Virus record (IMG/VR): IMGVR_UViG_3300031520_000005
Location: 1 to 47,341 of that record
DNA length: 47,341 nt
Source of the DNA: a virus
Taxonomy: Duplodnaviria > Caudoviricetes
Reading direction: 5' to 3' (one strand)
The position numbers were made by a program, and so were the translations under genes. Shown here in pieces: positions 7,342-18,105 of the stretch. Every line of letters begins with the position of its first letter. Within the stretch, counting starts at the first letter, position 1. The notes under the pieces are model-generated. The model was given only the letters and a program-made list of their open reading frames with translations, did not search any database and had not been told where the DNA came from.

Positions 7342-10300
7342 TCACACGGCCCATTTGGACTTGAGGTAGCTGACTACCTGCCCAAAGTTGGTGCTTGATA
7401 GCACACCCGAATACTGGATCATCTCCCCGATCTGCCCCTGGAACCCCTCCCCGCCGTTGTTGATGTTTTGGCCGACAGCGACGGTAGACGCTGAGATGGC
7501 GGCGGTGTTTGTGCCTGTCTTGGTAGGCGTCGTGCCGTTGCTGACGTTGCCCCGATAGAACGCGTAGTTGCCTGAGCCGTCGTAGGTCATCGCAAGCAAT
7601 ACCCAGGCTCCTGCCGCGATTGCTCCTGTCCCTTCCGTACCGAGTGATGTCCGTCCCTCAGCCAATGCCTCCATGCCGTTGCTGTCTATGCGCAGTTCCA
7701 TGCCGCCAATAGCCTGCGAACCGAATATAGCAAGGTTTGCCCCGCCTGCTGTGGGCACAACAGAGGGCTTCACAACGGCGAACACGGTAAAAGGCAGCAT
7801 CGCGGACGGGGCATTGGAGCTGTAGAATTGACTGCCGCTGAACGCGATGGCGGACAGGCCGTTTTGCGCCGTCGCCACATAGATGCCTGCTTGGTTGCTG
7901 GGCGCAGTCGCGTCGTAGCCGTTGCCGCTGAGGTCCAGCCACTTGAGGACGGGCACAGTGCCTGAGTAGCTCGTCAGCGCGTCGGCGGGGAGCCACAGCG
8001 TACAGCCCGCGATCGAGGTCGGCTGAAAGCCGCCATTGGCGAGCAGGCTGAAGGGCAATTTGGCGAGGCGATACGCACTGCCCGCCGTCTCTACCCCCAC
8101 GTACAGGCTGTCCGGCGTCCGCCCGGCACCGTCGAGCAGATACAGAACGTCACGGGTAGAAGCGGAGGCGACTGGCAGTTGAGTGACAAGCGTGATGCCC
8201 CCACTGCCGCTCCCCGCCGGCGGTACCTGCCAGCCCCCATCCTCCCGCAGAAACCGCGTGCTGCCTGCCGTCGCGCCGGGATCAGGCACAAACCCTGCCG
8301 CGTGGCCTACCCCCGAGGCCCCAAACGGCCCCGGCAGAGCAGGCAAATACCCGGACATGCGGTCAACCAGTGTCGTCAGCGGGCCTCCCACGCCTGCCAC
8401 GGTCAGCACATACGAGTCGCCCTGACCGTTTTGATAGCACAGCGCAAGCGTGTTCCATCCCGGATTCAGAGGCAAAGCATAAGTCTGCGGCACGCTGCCG
8501 CTTGCATCGCTGCCAACCTGCCCGCCGTTCAGCAGCACGCGGCAGGCATTGTCCACTGTGACCGTAATTTGGATGGTTTTCGCCGCCGCGACTTTCAGGC
8601 GCGTGTAGAAAATCACCTTCTGCTCGTAAGCAATCGGCGTTTGGGGCACATTGGCAGTGCTGAGGGCCAAGTCGCCGCCCGGCGTGGTGTACCAGCCGCT
8701 CCATGTCGGCGCGATGTCACCGGGGTTGAAAGCTGCGACCCCACCCGGCGAAGCGTCTATGCCGGCAAGTCCCCACAAAGGCGCGGCTGTGCCAGGGGAA
8801 GTGTCTACCCACCCGCGTACCCCCGCCGTGTTAGAGCCAAGCACCTGCCCATTGGCAGAGGGATTGCCCAGGCCCGGCTCCTTGGCCGTCCAGCTATCCT
8901 GACTGGCCTGCGAAGCATGCGGCGCGGCAGTGTAGGCGTCGTGCAGGGTCGGGTCGGCAGGGCTGGCCTGCAATGTCGTGCGAAACGCCGGGGTTGCCCC
9001 CGACGCTATTCCTGTCCCGCTGTTGCTCTGACTGCTGTACCCGCCGCCGCTTGCGCCCGTCGCCCCCGGCCCTTTTTTGGCAAGCCGGGCGTCAATCATC
9101 GCGTTGATGACCTGCGTCTCGTCTCTCGCCTCGCGCTCAATGTCCAGGGTCGTCAGCAGCGTGTCTGCCCCCGATCGCTCCACGCGGGCAATCGGCAGGG
9201 CCAAGTCCATCAGGGCCGGGCCGTCTGCGCCGAGCAGCAGCAGGCTTTCGCCTGGGTAATAGCGCGTCATGTCGCCGTCAAGGGTAAGCGGCGGGCGCTT
9301 GTACGGCCCCGACCCCCGAAAAAAGTTATCCGCGTAAGCCAGCGCGTCCGCGCGCGTCAGAATGGACTCTTCAGTGACGGGCGACACCTGCGGGCCGTAA
9401 TCCCCGTACCGGCCCCCATAAGTCGCCGCGCCTGCCGGGTAAGCCGTGAGCAGGTCAGCGTCATTGCAGGCCACCACAACTTTGAATGGGCCGTCCGCCT
9501 GGTACGGATCACTTGGCGCAGCGGCGTCCATCGCGGAGAGGGCATCAATCAGGATTTTGCCACTGCCGCGCAGGTTAGCAGACACGCGGGCGGATACTGA
9601 GTCCCCGTGGCCTGTGGCAATGGCCTCGGCGTACTGCCAGTTTGTGTTGTTGGGCTGCGCCAAAACCACGACTTTGCTCGCATTCGTTGACCGTCCGTCC
9701 CCGGCGTAAAACTCCAGCTCGGCCTGCATGCGCGGAAGGGGACCGCTGCCTGCGTTCGGCGAGCGGTAGCGATAGCGAAACCGGATTGTCTGCTGCGGCG
9801 ACACCGGAAAGCGGGCAGCGTGCGCCGGCTGCACCGGCACGTCGTGGTTGTTATCGTCCGCCGCCGTCACGTCTAGATACAGGCAGTAGGCCCCCTCATA
9901 GGCAGCGTCGGCATAAATCCAGTTGATGGCGTTGATGACAGCGCCGCCTTGCAGCTCGGCCTCCATGCCGTCCTGAGACACCTGCGAAGCGTCGTACAGT
10001 TCCGCCGCGTCCAGGTACAGCCCGCCGATGTTGCTGTTGCCCGTCCCCTGCGCGATGTGGTCAAGCTCAAAATGCGCCCGGCAGCGCGCGGCCCCGGCGG
10101 GCGCGATAGCCGTCAGGGAGAAATAATCCCAGGCAATAGAGGCGGGCGTCAGCGGAAACGTCAAGGCCACGCCGATGACAGCATTATTCGCATCCCGCCA
10201 TTCCAGCAGGCCGTGGCCGTCCGCGACCTGGTTGCCGAAGCCTTTGCTCGACCGCACGGCCAAAATGTAATTGCGCCCGGCGACAAAGGCAACGTCTCTG

Positions 10301-11283
10301 ATTTGCTCCGCCAACTCGCCCACATGGTCAAGCTCAATCTGTTGCGCGCCGCTAAAAGGCTGATGCTTGTATGTGCCGCGAAAGTCCGCGTTTTTGTAGG
10401 CGGCTTGCTGCCCGCTCAGCCCGCCCAAAGTCCAGTCTGTCGTGGCCTCAAAGTCGCCGTTTCGGAGCAGGTTGTTGCTCAGGGCCGTGTGGCGAATGGG
10501 CAGGGCAAAGCCTCCGTTGTGCAAAAGCTGCGGGTAATCCGGCTGCCCGCCGGTGATCTGCAAGACCGTGGCAACGCCCTGCCCGTCCTCTTCGCTCCCA
10601 ATCTGCGTCAACTTTTTGGCCGGGGCAGGCAGGGCATGGGTCGGCGGGTCAAGCGGGGCGTTTGCGCGCAGGTACAGCCGGTTGCCGCCCGTGTGCGGGT
10701 CAATGTCGCACCCATGCCCGGCCAGGTTGCCCATGCCGCGCTCCAGGTCGTCTAAGGCCGCGCCCACGGCTGCAAACTCGGCATTCAGGGCGCTGCGCGT
10801 TATGCCGATGGCCGCCGCGTCTATGGTGGTAATCAGCGGCACATTGCCCGGCCCCGGCACGCCCTGTACAAAGTCATTGCCGAGCGCCCCGAAAAACGTT
10901 GCCACGTCGGCAGGGTAGGCTGTGGCGTAGTTTTTGTTTGCGGGGAAGCCCCGGACAAAGTGGATGGCTCCAAACGCCTGCAAAATCACGGTTTCGGCGT
11001 TTTGCTTGCTGCGCGTGCGCCCGGTGATGTAGCCGCGCCATTCCGGGAGCGGCGTTCCGTCCGGCAGGGCAAGTTGCCCCGGCCCGTCCACGTAAATCTC
11101 TACCCGGTCACCTAGCTTAATGGTGGTAAGCTGCGCCAGCGTGGCAGCAGCGGTAATCACGGCGTCCCACATCCCGCCAAAGCGCTGAAAAGACCACCGA
11201 GCAGACAGAGTGACGCCTTTGGGCAGGCGGCGCGGGGTTTGTCCGTCCGGGGACGTGATGACGATGCGGTAGGGAGAGGGCAT
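7342..11283 (-). CDS. Large tail/baseplate hub protein with carbohydrate-binding-like domains and a C-terminal LamG-like domain (candidate receptor-binding protein)
   Basis: 1313 aa, after Dit; NLLRNGDFE and LLHNGGF CBM-type starts; C-terminal LWLPAD...WLDLSGNG...GEMIQYSGVLS...YLKSKW. Confidence 0.7.
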   Translation of the reverse strand: MPSPYRIVITSPDGQTPRRLPKGVTLSARWSFQRFGGMWDAVITAAATLAQLTTIKLGDRVEIYVDGPGQLALPDGTPLPEWRGYITGRTRSKQNAETVILQAFGAIHFVRGFPANKNYATAYPADVATFFGALGNDFVQGVPGPGNVPLITTIDAAAIGITRSALNAEFAAVGAALDDLERGMGNLAGHGCDIDPHTGGNRLYLRANAPLDPPTHALPAPAKKLTQIGSEEDGQGVATVLQITGGQPDYPQLLHNGGFALPIRHTALSNNLLRNGDFEATTDWTLGGLSGQQAAYKNADFRGTYKHQPFSGAQQIELDHVGELAEQIRDVAFVAGRNYILAVRSSKGFGNQVADGHGLLEWRDANNAVIGVALTFPLTPASIAWDYFSLTAIAPAGAARCRAHFELDHIAQGTGNSNIGGLYLDAAELYDASQVSQDGMEAELQGGAVINAINWIYADAAYEGAYCLYLDVTAADDNNHDVPVQPAHAARFPVSPQQTIRFRYRYRSPNAGSGPLPRMQAELEFYAGDGRSTNASKVVVLAQPNNTNWQYAEAIATGHGDSVSARVSANLRGSGKILIDALSAMDAAAPSDPYQADGPFKVVVACNDADLLTAYPAGAATYGGRYGDYGPQVSPVTEESILTRADALAYADNFFRGSGPYKRPPLTLDGDMTRYYPGESLLLLGADGPALMDLALPIARVERSGADTLLTTLDIEREARDETQVINAMIDARLAKKGPGATGASGGGYSSQSNSGTGIASGATPAFRTTLQASPADPTLHDAYTAAPHASQASQDSWTAKEPGLGNPSANGQVLGSNTAGVRGWVDTSPGTAAPLWGLAGIDASPGGVAAFNPGDIAPTWSGWYTTPGGDLALSTANVPQTPIAYEQKVIFYTRLKVAAAKTIQITVTVDNACRVLLNGGQVGSDASGSVPQTYALPLNPGWNTLALCYQNGQGDSYVLTVAGVGGPLTTLVDRMSGYLPALPGPFGASGVGHAAGFVPDPGATAGSTRFLREDGGWQVPPAGSGSGGITLVTQLPVASASTRDVLYLLDGAGRTPDSLYVGVETAGSAYRLAKLPFSLLANGGFQPTSIAGCTLWLPADALTSYSGTVPVLKWLDLSGNGYDATAPSNQAGIYVATAQNGLSAIAFSGSQFYSSNAPSAMLPFTVFAVVKPSVVPTAGGANLAIFGSQAIGGMELRIDSNGMEALAEGRTSLGTEGTGAIAAGAWVLLAMTYDGSGNYAFYRGNVSNGTTPTKTGTNTAAISASTVAVGQNINNGGEGFQGQIGEMIQYSGVLSSTNFGQVVSYLKSKWAV

Positions 11284-11300
11284 TAGGGTAAACTTAAAGA

Positions 11301-11789
11301 ATGAGTAACACTGAGACTATCCAAGAAGAAATTAAAAGGATACAAAAACGTCTTGACACACTTCCCAGAAAAATAGCTGCGTCGCAAGAAAGCATTAAGA
11401 GGTCGCAAGCGGCGCTCGGAAAATACAACCAGGAAATACAAACACGCACACGCCAGTTGGAGCATTTGCAAAATTATGATCCGTTTCCTACCGAAGAATT
11501 CACCGAACAAGAAAAGTCTTGCTGCGCCGCCGAGCAAGAGAGGCGGCGTAGGCAAAAGGAGAAACAGGCTAACGTTATTGCGCGCGGCGAAACACCACTA
11601 ACCCCCCGAATAGGTCTTGACTTTATAGGGTTCACGTTGATAGACGTTTTTACTGAAAAGTACGACTCTGTTGAGAGTTTACTAAACGTGCCGGACGAAG
11701 AACTTTTGGCAATCCCAGGATTAGGGCCAAGTAAGTTAAACAAGTTGCGAGAAGGACTAAAAGAGTTTTTCCGCAGGCACAATGCGTAA
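11301..11789 (+). CDS. Coiled-coil protein with a C-terminal HhH / RNA polymerase alpha-CTD-like domain, moron
   Basis: SVESLLNVPDEELLAIPGLGPSKLNKL; visibly AT-richer than its neighbours; antisense to the tail operon. Confidence 0.7.
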   Translation: MSNTETIQEEIKRIQKRLDTLPRKIAASQESIKRSQAALGKYNQEIQTRTRQLEHLQNYDPFPTEEFTEQEKSCCAAEQERRRRQKEKQANVIARGETPLTPRIGLDFIGFTLIDVFTEKYDSVESLLNVPDEELLAIPGLGPSKLNKLREGLKEFFRRHNA

Positions 11790-11801
11790 GGGAGCGCTTA
11801 C

Positions 11802-12557
11802 TTATTGGTATTTTTCCTGCCAACTGATGCTTGCCGCGCCCGCGCTTGCCCCGCCCGCCGTCGTGAGGGTGAGCGTATTCGCGCCCGGCGTCAGCCCTAA
11901 AAGCTGGCTGCCCGGCGCAAGACTCGCCCATCCGTCCGAGCCGTCCGGGGCCGTGACTGTCTCGGCCAAAGCGTCAAGCGCCCATGTTCCCACCTGCAAA
12001 GGACGCAAAGTCCAAAACTTGCCGTCGCCGCGCGTGAGAGTTATTGTGCCCCCGGCAGGCGCGGCAGTCACGTTGACAGTAACGATAGGAGTCGCCGCCC
12101 ATGTCCCCACGGACGTGAGCGCATTTGCCCCTGCCGCAAGCGCCGTCGTCGTGCTGGCCGCACTGTATTCCAGCCCGCCCGGACACAAAAACGTCGCGTC
12201 ATAGTTCAGCCAGCAATCCGCCACACTGTCCCCTTCGGTTACTCCCTCCACTTCGCAGGGAAAGTAGCTCGCCGCGTCCGCGCGCAGCACAAGAGGTCGC
12301 AGCGGGCCAAAGGGCAGCCCGGCCCAGAGTTCGCGCCGGGCGTCGGCGAGGGTCTGCCCAGGCGTGGTGACGACCTTGCCGCTGACGGTAATGCGCTTTT
12401 CGGCGGGGAGTGGCCCCTGCGAATAAACGCCGGGCAGTCCCGCAGGCGTGGACACGCGGGGGCGCGCGCCGCGCGTGGGAACCGGCAGTTTGAGGACGTT
12501 CGGCAGGGCAAAACCGCCGAACGACGTAATGCTCGGCACATAAACAAACAGGGCCAT
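11802..12557 (-). CDS. Distal tail protein (Dit)-like
   Basis: Directly after the tape measure gene; RITVSG...ATFLCP...LTPGANTLTL pattern. Confidence 0.7.
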   Translation of the reverse strand: MALFVYVPSITSFGGFALPNVLKLPVPTRGARPRVSTPAGLPGVYSQGPLPAEKRITVSGKVVTTPGQTLADARRELWAGLPFGPLRPLVLRADAASYFPCEVEGVTEGDSVADCWLNYDATFLCPGGLEYSAASTTTALAAGANALTSVGTWAATPIVTVNVTAAPAGGTITLTRGDGKFWTLRPLQVGTWALDALAETVTAPDGSDGWASLAPGSQLLGLTPGANTLTLTTAGGASAGAASISWQEKYQ

Positions 12558-12560
12558 GGA

Positions 12561-15500
12561 CTACCCTAGCCTTTGGCGCAGGACGGTTGCTAAATCCTCG
12601 CTGCCGCTGCCGCTTTGCGTGGCGTAGTGGTTTGTCTGGTTGACCTCAATCGGGCGGGCTGCGCCGCCTGTCATGCGCTCCATAGCGTCTCCAATTCGGT
12701 CTAGCCTGCGGTGCGTGCCGCTTATGTCGGCGGGGGCAGCGTGCTGCACATTGGTGATAAACGAGGGCGGCAGGGCAGGCGGCGGGGCCGTGCCTGCGAG
12801 CATGGCCTGACTCAGCACCACCTCGCGGGGCATGAGCATGGCAGGCACGCTGTCCTGATTGCCTTGTCCCGGCACGACGCCGCCATTCGCAAAGTGGAAG
12901 ATATGCCCCAGTCCGCCGAGCACCTTGCTTGCCACGCCTCCACCGGGGATAAATGACGCGGCCATGCCCGCAAGTCCCAGCAGTGCGCCGCCCTTGCCGC
13001 CGCCTGCGCCGGGCGCGCTCCCCATTACAATTCCGCTTCCCATCAGCCCCGGAGCCATGCCCGTGATAAAGACCGGCGTCGGCCCGCCCGCCTGCGCGGC
13101 CGCTCCGGAAGTCGCGGGGTGTTTCTTGTGCGTGAACATGTCCAGGATAGACAGCCCGGCCCCAAAGAGAGACAGCCCGGCCCCAATCGCTCCCCCTTGC
13201 CGCCCCATCATCGGAGCAACAGAGGCCGCTGTGCCAAGCCAATCCGTGCCGCCGCCGCCCCTACTGGGCGCGATACCCGGCGTGGCAGCAAGCCCCTTCC
13301 CGCCGCCGCCTTTAGTCAGAGTCTGACTTTTTGTCGCCGAGTAAATGGACAGGCCCGCAGATAGTAGAGAGCCAAAGCCCCCGCCTGCGCCGCTACCCCC
13401 AAAACCGCCAGAGGGCGATGCTGCCGGGTCATTGGGAGCTGTCGCGCCGGGGGCATTGGGCGGGGCCGCGCCGGGCTTGTTTCTGCCAAAGTCCAGCCCG
13501 CCCCCAAAACGCGAACCGAACAACTGTGACGAGGCCCACATAACGGCAAGATGCCGAATGATGCCTGCCACTTCGCCTTCCCACGCTTTCAGCCCATCTT
13601 TGTAAGAGTGGGCTTGTTCTAAAGCGCTGGAAAAGGCTGTTTTTGCGCCATCGGCAAGGCTGTTGAACGGTGAGGCGGCCCGGCGCTGGGCGTCAATCTC
13701 GTCAAGCTGGCCTTTAAGCGCCATATACTGCTCACTGACAATTCCTTTTGCGCTGTCAGCATACTTTTTGGTCAACGAAAGCTGACTTCCCAAAAAGCCC
13801 CTGTACTGACTCAGGCTAATGCCGTGCTGTTCTAACTCAAAACGTTGGCTACCTTGCAGAGCAGTGCGCTCGGCATCGGCCTGCTGACGGCTCAGGCTGG
13901 AGAGTTTCGCGGCAAGCCACGCATTTGCCGTCGCCTTATCCTGCGTCGTTCTCAGGAGTTCAACAGACGCGGCTCTCGCATCCTCTCGCAAACCCTTGTA
14001 ATAATCACGCGCTGAGGCAAGGCCGTCTTTCCAGCCGTCGTGATTGAGCGTCACGATTTCTTTACGGGCGGTGGCAATGGCGGCAGGCACGGCGCGCAAC
14101 TTCCCTAATTGCTCGGTGTAATCAGCAAACTCCTGAGTGTCCTGCCCGAACTTCTTTTGCTGGCCGGTCAGGTACTGGTCATAAGCGCCTCGCGTGCTGA
14201 GATGCGCGTCAAATTGGGACTTTGCTTTTTTGTCTGCCTCCGTGCGCGTCTTATCTGCCGCCGCCTCGTTATGGGTCTTGAGTTTGTCATTGACGGCATC
14301 TAGCGCAGCATCACGGGCATCGCTGAGCACCTTAATCTGCGCCTGCTGCCCGGTGCTGTAAAGCCCCCACGAGGCTTGCACGGCCTTGACGCGGGCGTTG
14401 TATTTGGCAAGCACGCCCGCCCGCTCTTGGCCGATCTGCACACCCTCCGGGTCTAAGTCGCCCCGCGCCTGCGCAAGTGCCGCCGTCGCCATGCCCTGCC
14501 GCTTCTGCTGGCCCGTGGTGACAGTCAGGGCGTGGCGGGCAATCGCGTTCATGCGCCGCACGTGGGCTTCTAGGGCCGTCTCTGCGTGCTTGTGAGCCGT
14601 TTTCTGTGCTTTGGCTTCTTTCGTGTCCGCATTGGCCTCTAAGCGGGCCATAGCCGCATGGTAGGTGGCGGCACTGATTAAGCCTTTGGCGCGGGCGGCA
14701 TTCAGGTTGTGCGTTTCCCGCTCCTGGGCCGTCATGCCTACCGTGTCGGCAAACTTGCCCGCCTTGCTCCCCGCTGCTGTTTTGGTAAACAGGGCCGGGT
14801 TAAATTCAACCGAATTATTAAACGGCACGCCGCCGCCATGAGTGTTAAAACGATAAACAGACGCATGGGCAGCATCATACATCGCCATTGTGCGCTTGAC
14901 ATTATTGCTTGATTGCGCTATCTGCCCACTGCCCATTGATACGCCGACGTGGTAGCCGCTTCTCTCGCCCCCGCCCTGCCGCGCCCCATAACGCGCCCCA
15001 TGCCAAACAACCAAGTCACCCGATTGCGCCTGTCCGGTCGGCACTTGCTTTGCCCCGTGAGACACGGCATAGTCACGCAAGCCTTTTGCGCCGGCAATGA
15101 CGGGCACGGCTTCGCCCATCTTCGTGAGCAACTTAGAAGCGAACAAGGCGCACGGCGCTTTGGCTTCGGGCGTATCTATGCCCGCAACAAGCCCCTTGAC
15201 AACGGCAGTCGCCGGGTGCGCTGCTGCCGTAATCCCTTTAATCACGCCTTGCTGCTGATGCAAAGAGCCAGTCAGTGCCGCCGCATCCGCATACTCCTTG
15301 CGGATGCGGGCCTGCAAATCTTTGTACCGCCCCGATTGCTGCACGGGGCCGGTGAGAAGCTCATAAGGCTTGTTCTCACGGGGCATATCCGCAAGTTTGG
15401 CTTTGTCTGCTTTGATGCCATCACGCAGGGACGAAAGCGCATTAACAATATTGACAATCGCGCCGTCGGTGCGCCTTTGCAGGTCGCCGTCCCTGCCAAG

Positions 15501-17624
15501 AGAAGCATCAGAAGCTGCCGCGCTTGCGTAAGTCTGCTTTGTTTCTTTGGCGGTGTCAAAGTCCTTTTTGAGCAGGTACACATCCAGCCCCACCCCAAGT
15601 GTGACAATGCCGCCTTTGAGTAGGAGCTGGCCGAGCGAACCTTGGGTCATCGGCGAGGTCAGCAGGTCTTTTAATCCGCCCGCAGTCGTTTTGAGCGTGC
15701 CGATTTCTGCGCCTGCATCTTTGGCCCCGCCTTCAACCCCTTTGAGGCCGTCTAAAACGCCCTTCATTTCCTCGGCGGTTTTCAGCAACTTGAATGCGCC
15801 GACTGCGCGCGTCATGAAGCCGACCCCGGTCACAACGCCCCCCAGCACGCTGACAACCGGCCCCGCCGCGATGGTGACTGCCAGGAACTCCAATGCGCCT
15901 TGCTTGACCGGTTTGGGCAGCTTGGCAAAAGCGTCGATCCAGCCATTGACGGTGTGCAGTAGGTGTTCCGCGTCCGGCTCCATTTTCTTTAGTGTCGGCA
16001 GAAGCTCGTTGCCAAGCTTGACCGCTGCGAGATTTGCTTCATGCTGGATGTCTTTGAGAGATTGCGCAGTGTTGTCTGTGGCCCGTTTATACCGCTCGCC
16101 CGTTGCTGTGTTGTCGGCATAGGCTTTATCTACACGCCCCAAAGCCTTGGACAAGTCGCTTCCTGCACCGGAGGCGCGCAGCATCGCATCAATTTGCAGC
16201 TTGTTTTTGAGGCCCAAGGCGTCCATGACCGGGATTAAGTCAACATGTTTGTCGTGCAGTTTTCCAAGACCCTCGATGAAAGAAACCAGCGCGCCGGCCG
16301 CGTTTTCTTTGAATGCTTTTTTGAACTGGTCAGCAGACATGCCTGCCACGTTGGCAAATTGCGCCAACTTCGCGCCGCCCGCATTTGTGGCCCTGTCGAT
16401 TTGGATAATGGCGGTGGAGATAGCCGAGCCACCTTGCTGGGCACGCACGCCGACCCCAGCGAAGGCGTTGGCAAACGCAAGTATCTGCGGGCCGCTCAGG
16501 CCAGCCACATGCCCAACGCCGCCGATGCGCAGCGCCATTGCCAACGCTTCATTAGAAGTAGCTTTGCTGTCTTTGTCCAGTTCCGAAATAACCGAACCGA
16601 GTCGTCCGATGTTCTGCGCTGGCTCGCCGATGGAGTTGGCGAACTTGACCATCGCCATTGCGCCCGTATCGGTGGTCAGCTTGGTGGCGACATTGAGTTG
16701 GATAATGTCTTTGGTGACGTTTTTGACTTGATCGCGCGCAACGCCAAGCTGGCCGACCATGGAAGCAATGTCTGTAATCTGCTTAAATGCTACCGGCATC
16801 CCCTTTTCCGTGGACAATTCTTCCAACTGCGCACGCAGGGCTTGCGATTGTGCTGCTGTTCCTACAGTCGTCTTTTTGACGTTGGCAAAGTCCGCTTCGT
16901 AATTGATTGCCTGCTTGATAGCGTATCCGCCCGCCGCCGCAACCGGCGCAGAATACCCGTAGGTCGCGGCTTGTCCTGCTGCACGAATGCCGCCGCCGAC
17001 ACTTGAGATTGCCCCGCCCCGCGCCACCAGCGCCGCGCCGCTGAACGCGCGCGCCTGCCGATCAGCGGCCCGCTTTGCCTCTGCCGCCTGCTTTGTCGCC
17101 TGCCGGGTGTTTTCCCGGTCAATTTCCAGCAGTGCCCGCCCGGTATCCTGCGCCTCGCGGAGCAAAACCAGTTTTGTTTGCTGGGCTTCGCGGATCCGCG
17201 CGCGCGCTGCGTCGGCGTCTGTCTTGCTAATCTGGCGGGCATCGTCTTGGGCCTGCCGCACAAGCTGGTTGCCGGTATCCGTAGCATCGCGCAGGATTTG
17301 GCGCTGCACGGCCTGCGCGCCGAACCGCTGCCTGTCCAGCGCGTCATTTGCGGCTTTGGCAGCAGCAACGATGCCGGAAGCATCTGCCAGCATCTTGATA
17401 TTGACGGTCTGCTTTCGGACATTTTCCAGCGTGGCACGGGCGCGGTCGGCGGCGTTTGTGACGGATTTATCATCAGCCGTCAGCGCGAGAGACGGCGACT
17501 TCTGTCCGGCAAACCGCTTGACCTTCTCGTCAGAGCGCTTCAGCACCAGGTCAAGCTGACGGTCGTCTCCGCCAATTTCCACAACCAAAGAGGCCGCCAC
17601 AGCTTGTTCTAAATTGAAGGACAT
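12561..17624 (-). CDS. Tape measure protein with an embedded NlpC/CHAP-like peptidoglycan hydrolase segment
   Basis: About 1687 aa, Ala-rich; TP901-type core (YEADFANVKKT...GQLGV); internal CALFAS...GDLVVW...HVG; C-terminal FANGGVVPG...DSVPAML. Confidence 0.92.
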   Translation of the reverse strand: MSFNLEQAVAASLVVEIGGDDRQLDLVLKRSDEKVKRFAGQKSPSLALTADDKSVTNAADRARATLENVRKQTVNIKMLADASGIVAAAKAANDALDRQRFGAQAVQRQILRDATDTGNQLVRQAQDDARQISKTDADAARARIREAQQTKLVLLREAQDTGRALLEIDRENTRQATKQAAEAKRAADRQARAFSGAALVARGGAISSVGGGIRAAGQAATYGYSAPVAAAGGYAIKQAINYEADFANVKKTTVGTAAQSQALRAQLEELSTEKGMPVAFKQITDIASMVGQLGVARDQVKNVTKDIIQLNVATKLTTDTGAMAMVKFANSIGEPAQNIGRLGSVISELDKDSKATSNEALAMALRIGGVGHVAGLSGPQILAFANAFAGVGVRAQQGGSAISTAIIQIDRATNAGGAKLAQFANVAGMSADQFKKAFKENAAGALVSFIEGLGKLHDKHVDLIPVMDALGLKNKLQIDAMLRASGAGSDLSKALGRVDKAYADNTATGERYKRATDNTAQSLKDIQHEANLAAVKLGNELLPTLKKMEPDAEHLLHTVNGWIDAFAKLPKPVKQGALEFLAVTIAAGPVVSVLGGVVTGVGFMTRAVGAFKLLKTAEEMKGVLDGLKGVEGGAKDAGAEIGTLKTTAGGLKDLLTSPMTQGSLGQLLLKGGIVTLGVGLDVYLLKKDFDTAKETKQTYASAAASDASLGRDGDLQRRTDGAIVNIVNALSSLRDGIKADKAKLADMPRENKPYELLTGPVQQSGRYKDLQARIRKEYADAAALTGSLHQQQGVIKGITAAAHPATAVVKGLVAGIDTPEAKAPCALFASKLLTKMGEAVPVIAGAKGLRDYAVSHGAKQVPTGQAQSGDLVVWHGARYGARQGGGERSGYHVGVSMGSGQIAQSSNNVKRTMAMYDAAHASVYRFNTHGGGVPFNNSVEFNPALFTKTAAGSKAGKFADTVGMTAQERETHNLNAARAKGLISAATYHAAMARLEANADTKEAKAQKTAHKHAETALEAHVRRMNAIARHALTVTTGQQKRQGMATAALAQARGDLDPEGVQIGQERAGVLAKYNARVKAVQASWGLYSTGQQAQIKVLSDARDAALDAVNDKLKTHNEAAADKTRTEADKKAKSQFDAHLSTRGAYDQYLTGQQKKFGQDTQEFADYTEQLGKLRAVPAAIATARKEIVTLNHDGWKDGLASARDYYKGLREDARAASVELLRTTQDKATANAWLAAKLSSLSRQQADAERTALQGSQRFELEQHGISLSQYRGFLGSQLSLTKKYADSAKGIVSEQYMALKGQLDEIDAQRRAASPFNSLADGAKTAFSSALEQAHSYKDGLKAWEGEVAGIIRHLAVMWASSQLFGSRFGGGLDFGRNKPGAAPPNAPGATAPNDPAASPSGGFGGSGAGGGFGSLLSAGLSIYSATKSQTLTKGGGGKGLAATPGIAPSRGGGGTDWLGTAASVAPMMGRQGGAIGAGLSLFGAGLSILDMFTHKKHPATSGAAAQAGGPTPVFITGMAPGLMGSGIVMGSAPGAGGGKGGALLGLAGMAASFIPGGGVASKVLGGLGHIFHFANGGVVPGQGNQDSVPAMLMPREVVLSQAMLAGTAPPPALPPSFITNVQHAAPADISGTHRRLDRIGDAMERMTGGAARPIEVNQTNHYATQSGSGSEDLATVLRQRLG

Positions 17625-17707
17625 GAGGGTATTCGCGCACCAAAAAAGACGCTCCGTAATTAACGGGCGTCCTAACAATCTGAACTGCTAAATCTAAATA
17701 ATTGTGC

Positions 17708-18013
17708 CTAAACTTTTTCCTTGCAGTAGGGGCAAAAGAACAAAGTTCCTTCGTAATACTTCCCGCAATGCGGGCAAAGATGCGCGGCGGGCTTGTTAAG
17801 GCTTTGCCCGCCTGCCAATGTTTGCGAACGCTTCGCAAGATAGTACGGAAACATGAACAGCCACAAAAAGAGACAGGAAAGAAACCACGCCGCCGCTCCA
17901 TTGTTTAGGCTGTATTCTTTTCCGTCAATAGGTACGCGCTGGGCCGAGGCATCATAAGCAACCCAAACCGTCGTCATTATCACAACAAGGGCTAGTAAAG
18001 TTGTCAGTTCCAT
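17708..18013 (-). CDS. Small membrane protein with a C-terminal zinc ribbon (moron)
   Basis: Two TM segments; CPHC...CPYC. Confidence 0.7.
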   Translation of the reverse strand: MELTTLLALVVIMTTVWVAYDASAQRVPIDGKEYSLNNGAAAWFLSCLFLWLFMFPYYLAKRSQTLAGGQSLNKPAAHLCPHCGKYYEGTLFFCPYCKEKV

Positions 18014-18053
18014 GCCGCGCTTGTTCGGCGGCGTGTTCGCTTAATCCTGCCCA

Positions 18054-18089
18054 ATAAAAAAACTTCACGAAGGGGTGAAGTTTTTTTAT
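18054..18089. terminator. Bidirectional terminator-like hairpin
   Basis: ATAAAAAAACTTCAC-GAAGGG-GTGAAGTTTTTTTAT, a perfect 15-bp inverted repeat. Confidence 0.7.
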
Positions 18090-18105
18090 GATCTTGTTTA
18101 CATTT

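Noticed and set aside
8179-10755. Long plus-strand ORFs (8179..9600, 9949..10755) and similar ones such as 24978..26168 and 3789..4610
   Set aside because: Antisense shadows of well-supported minus-strand genes in GC-rich DNA.
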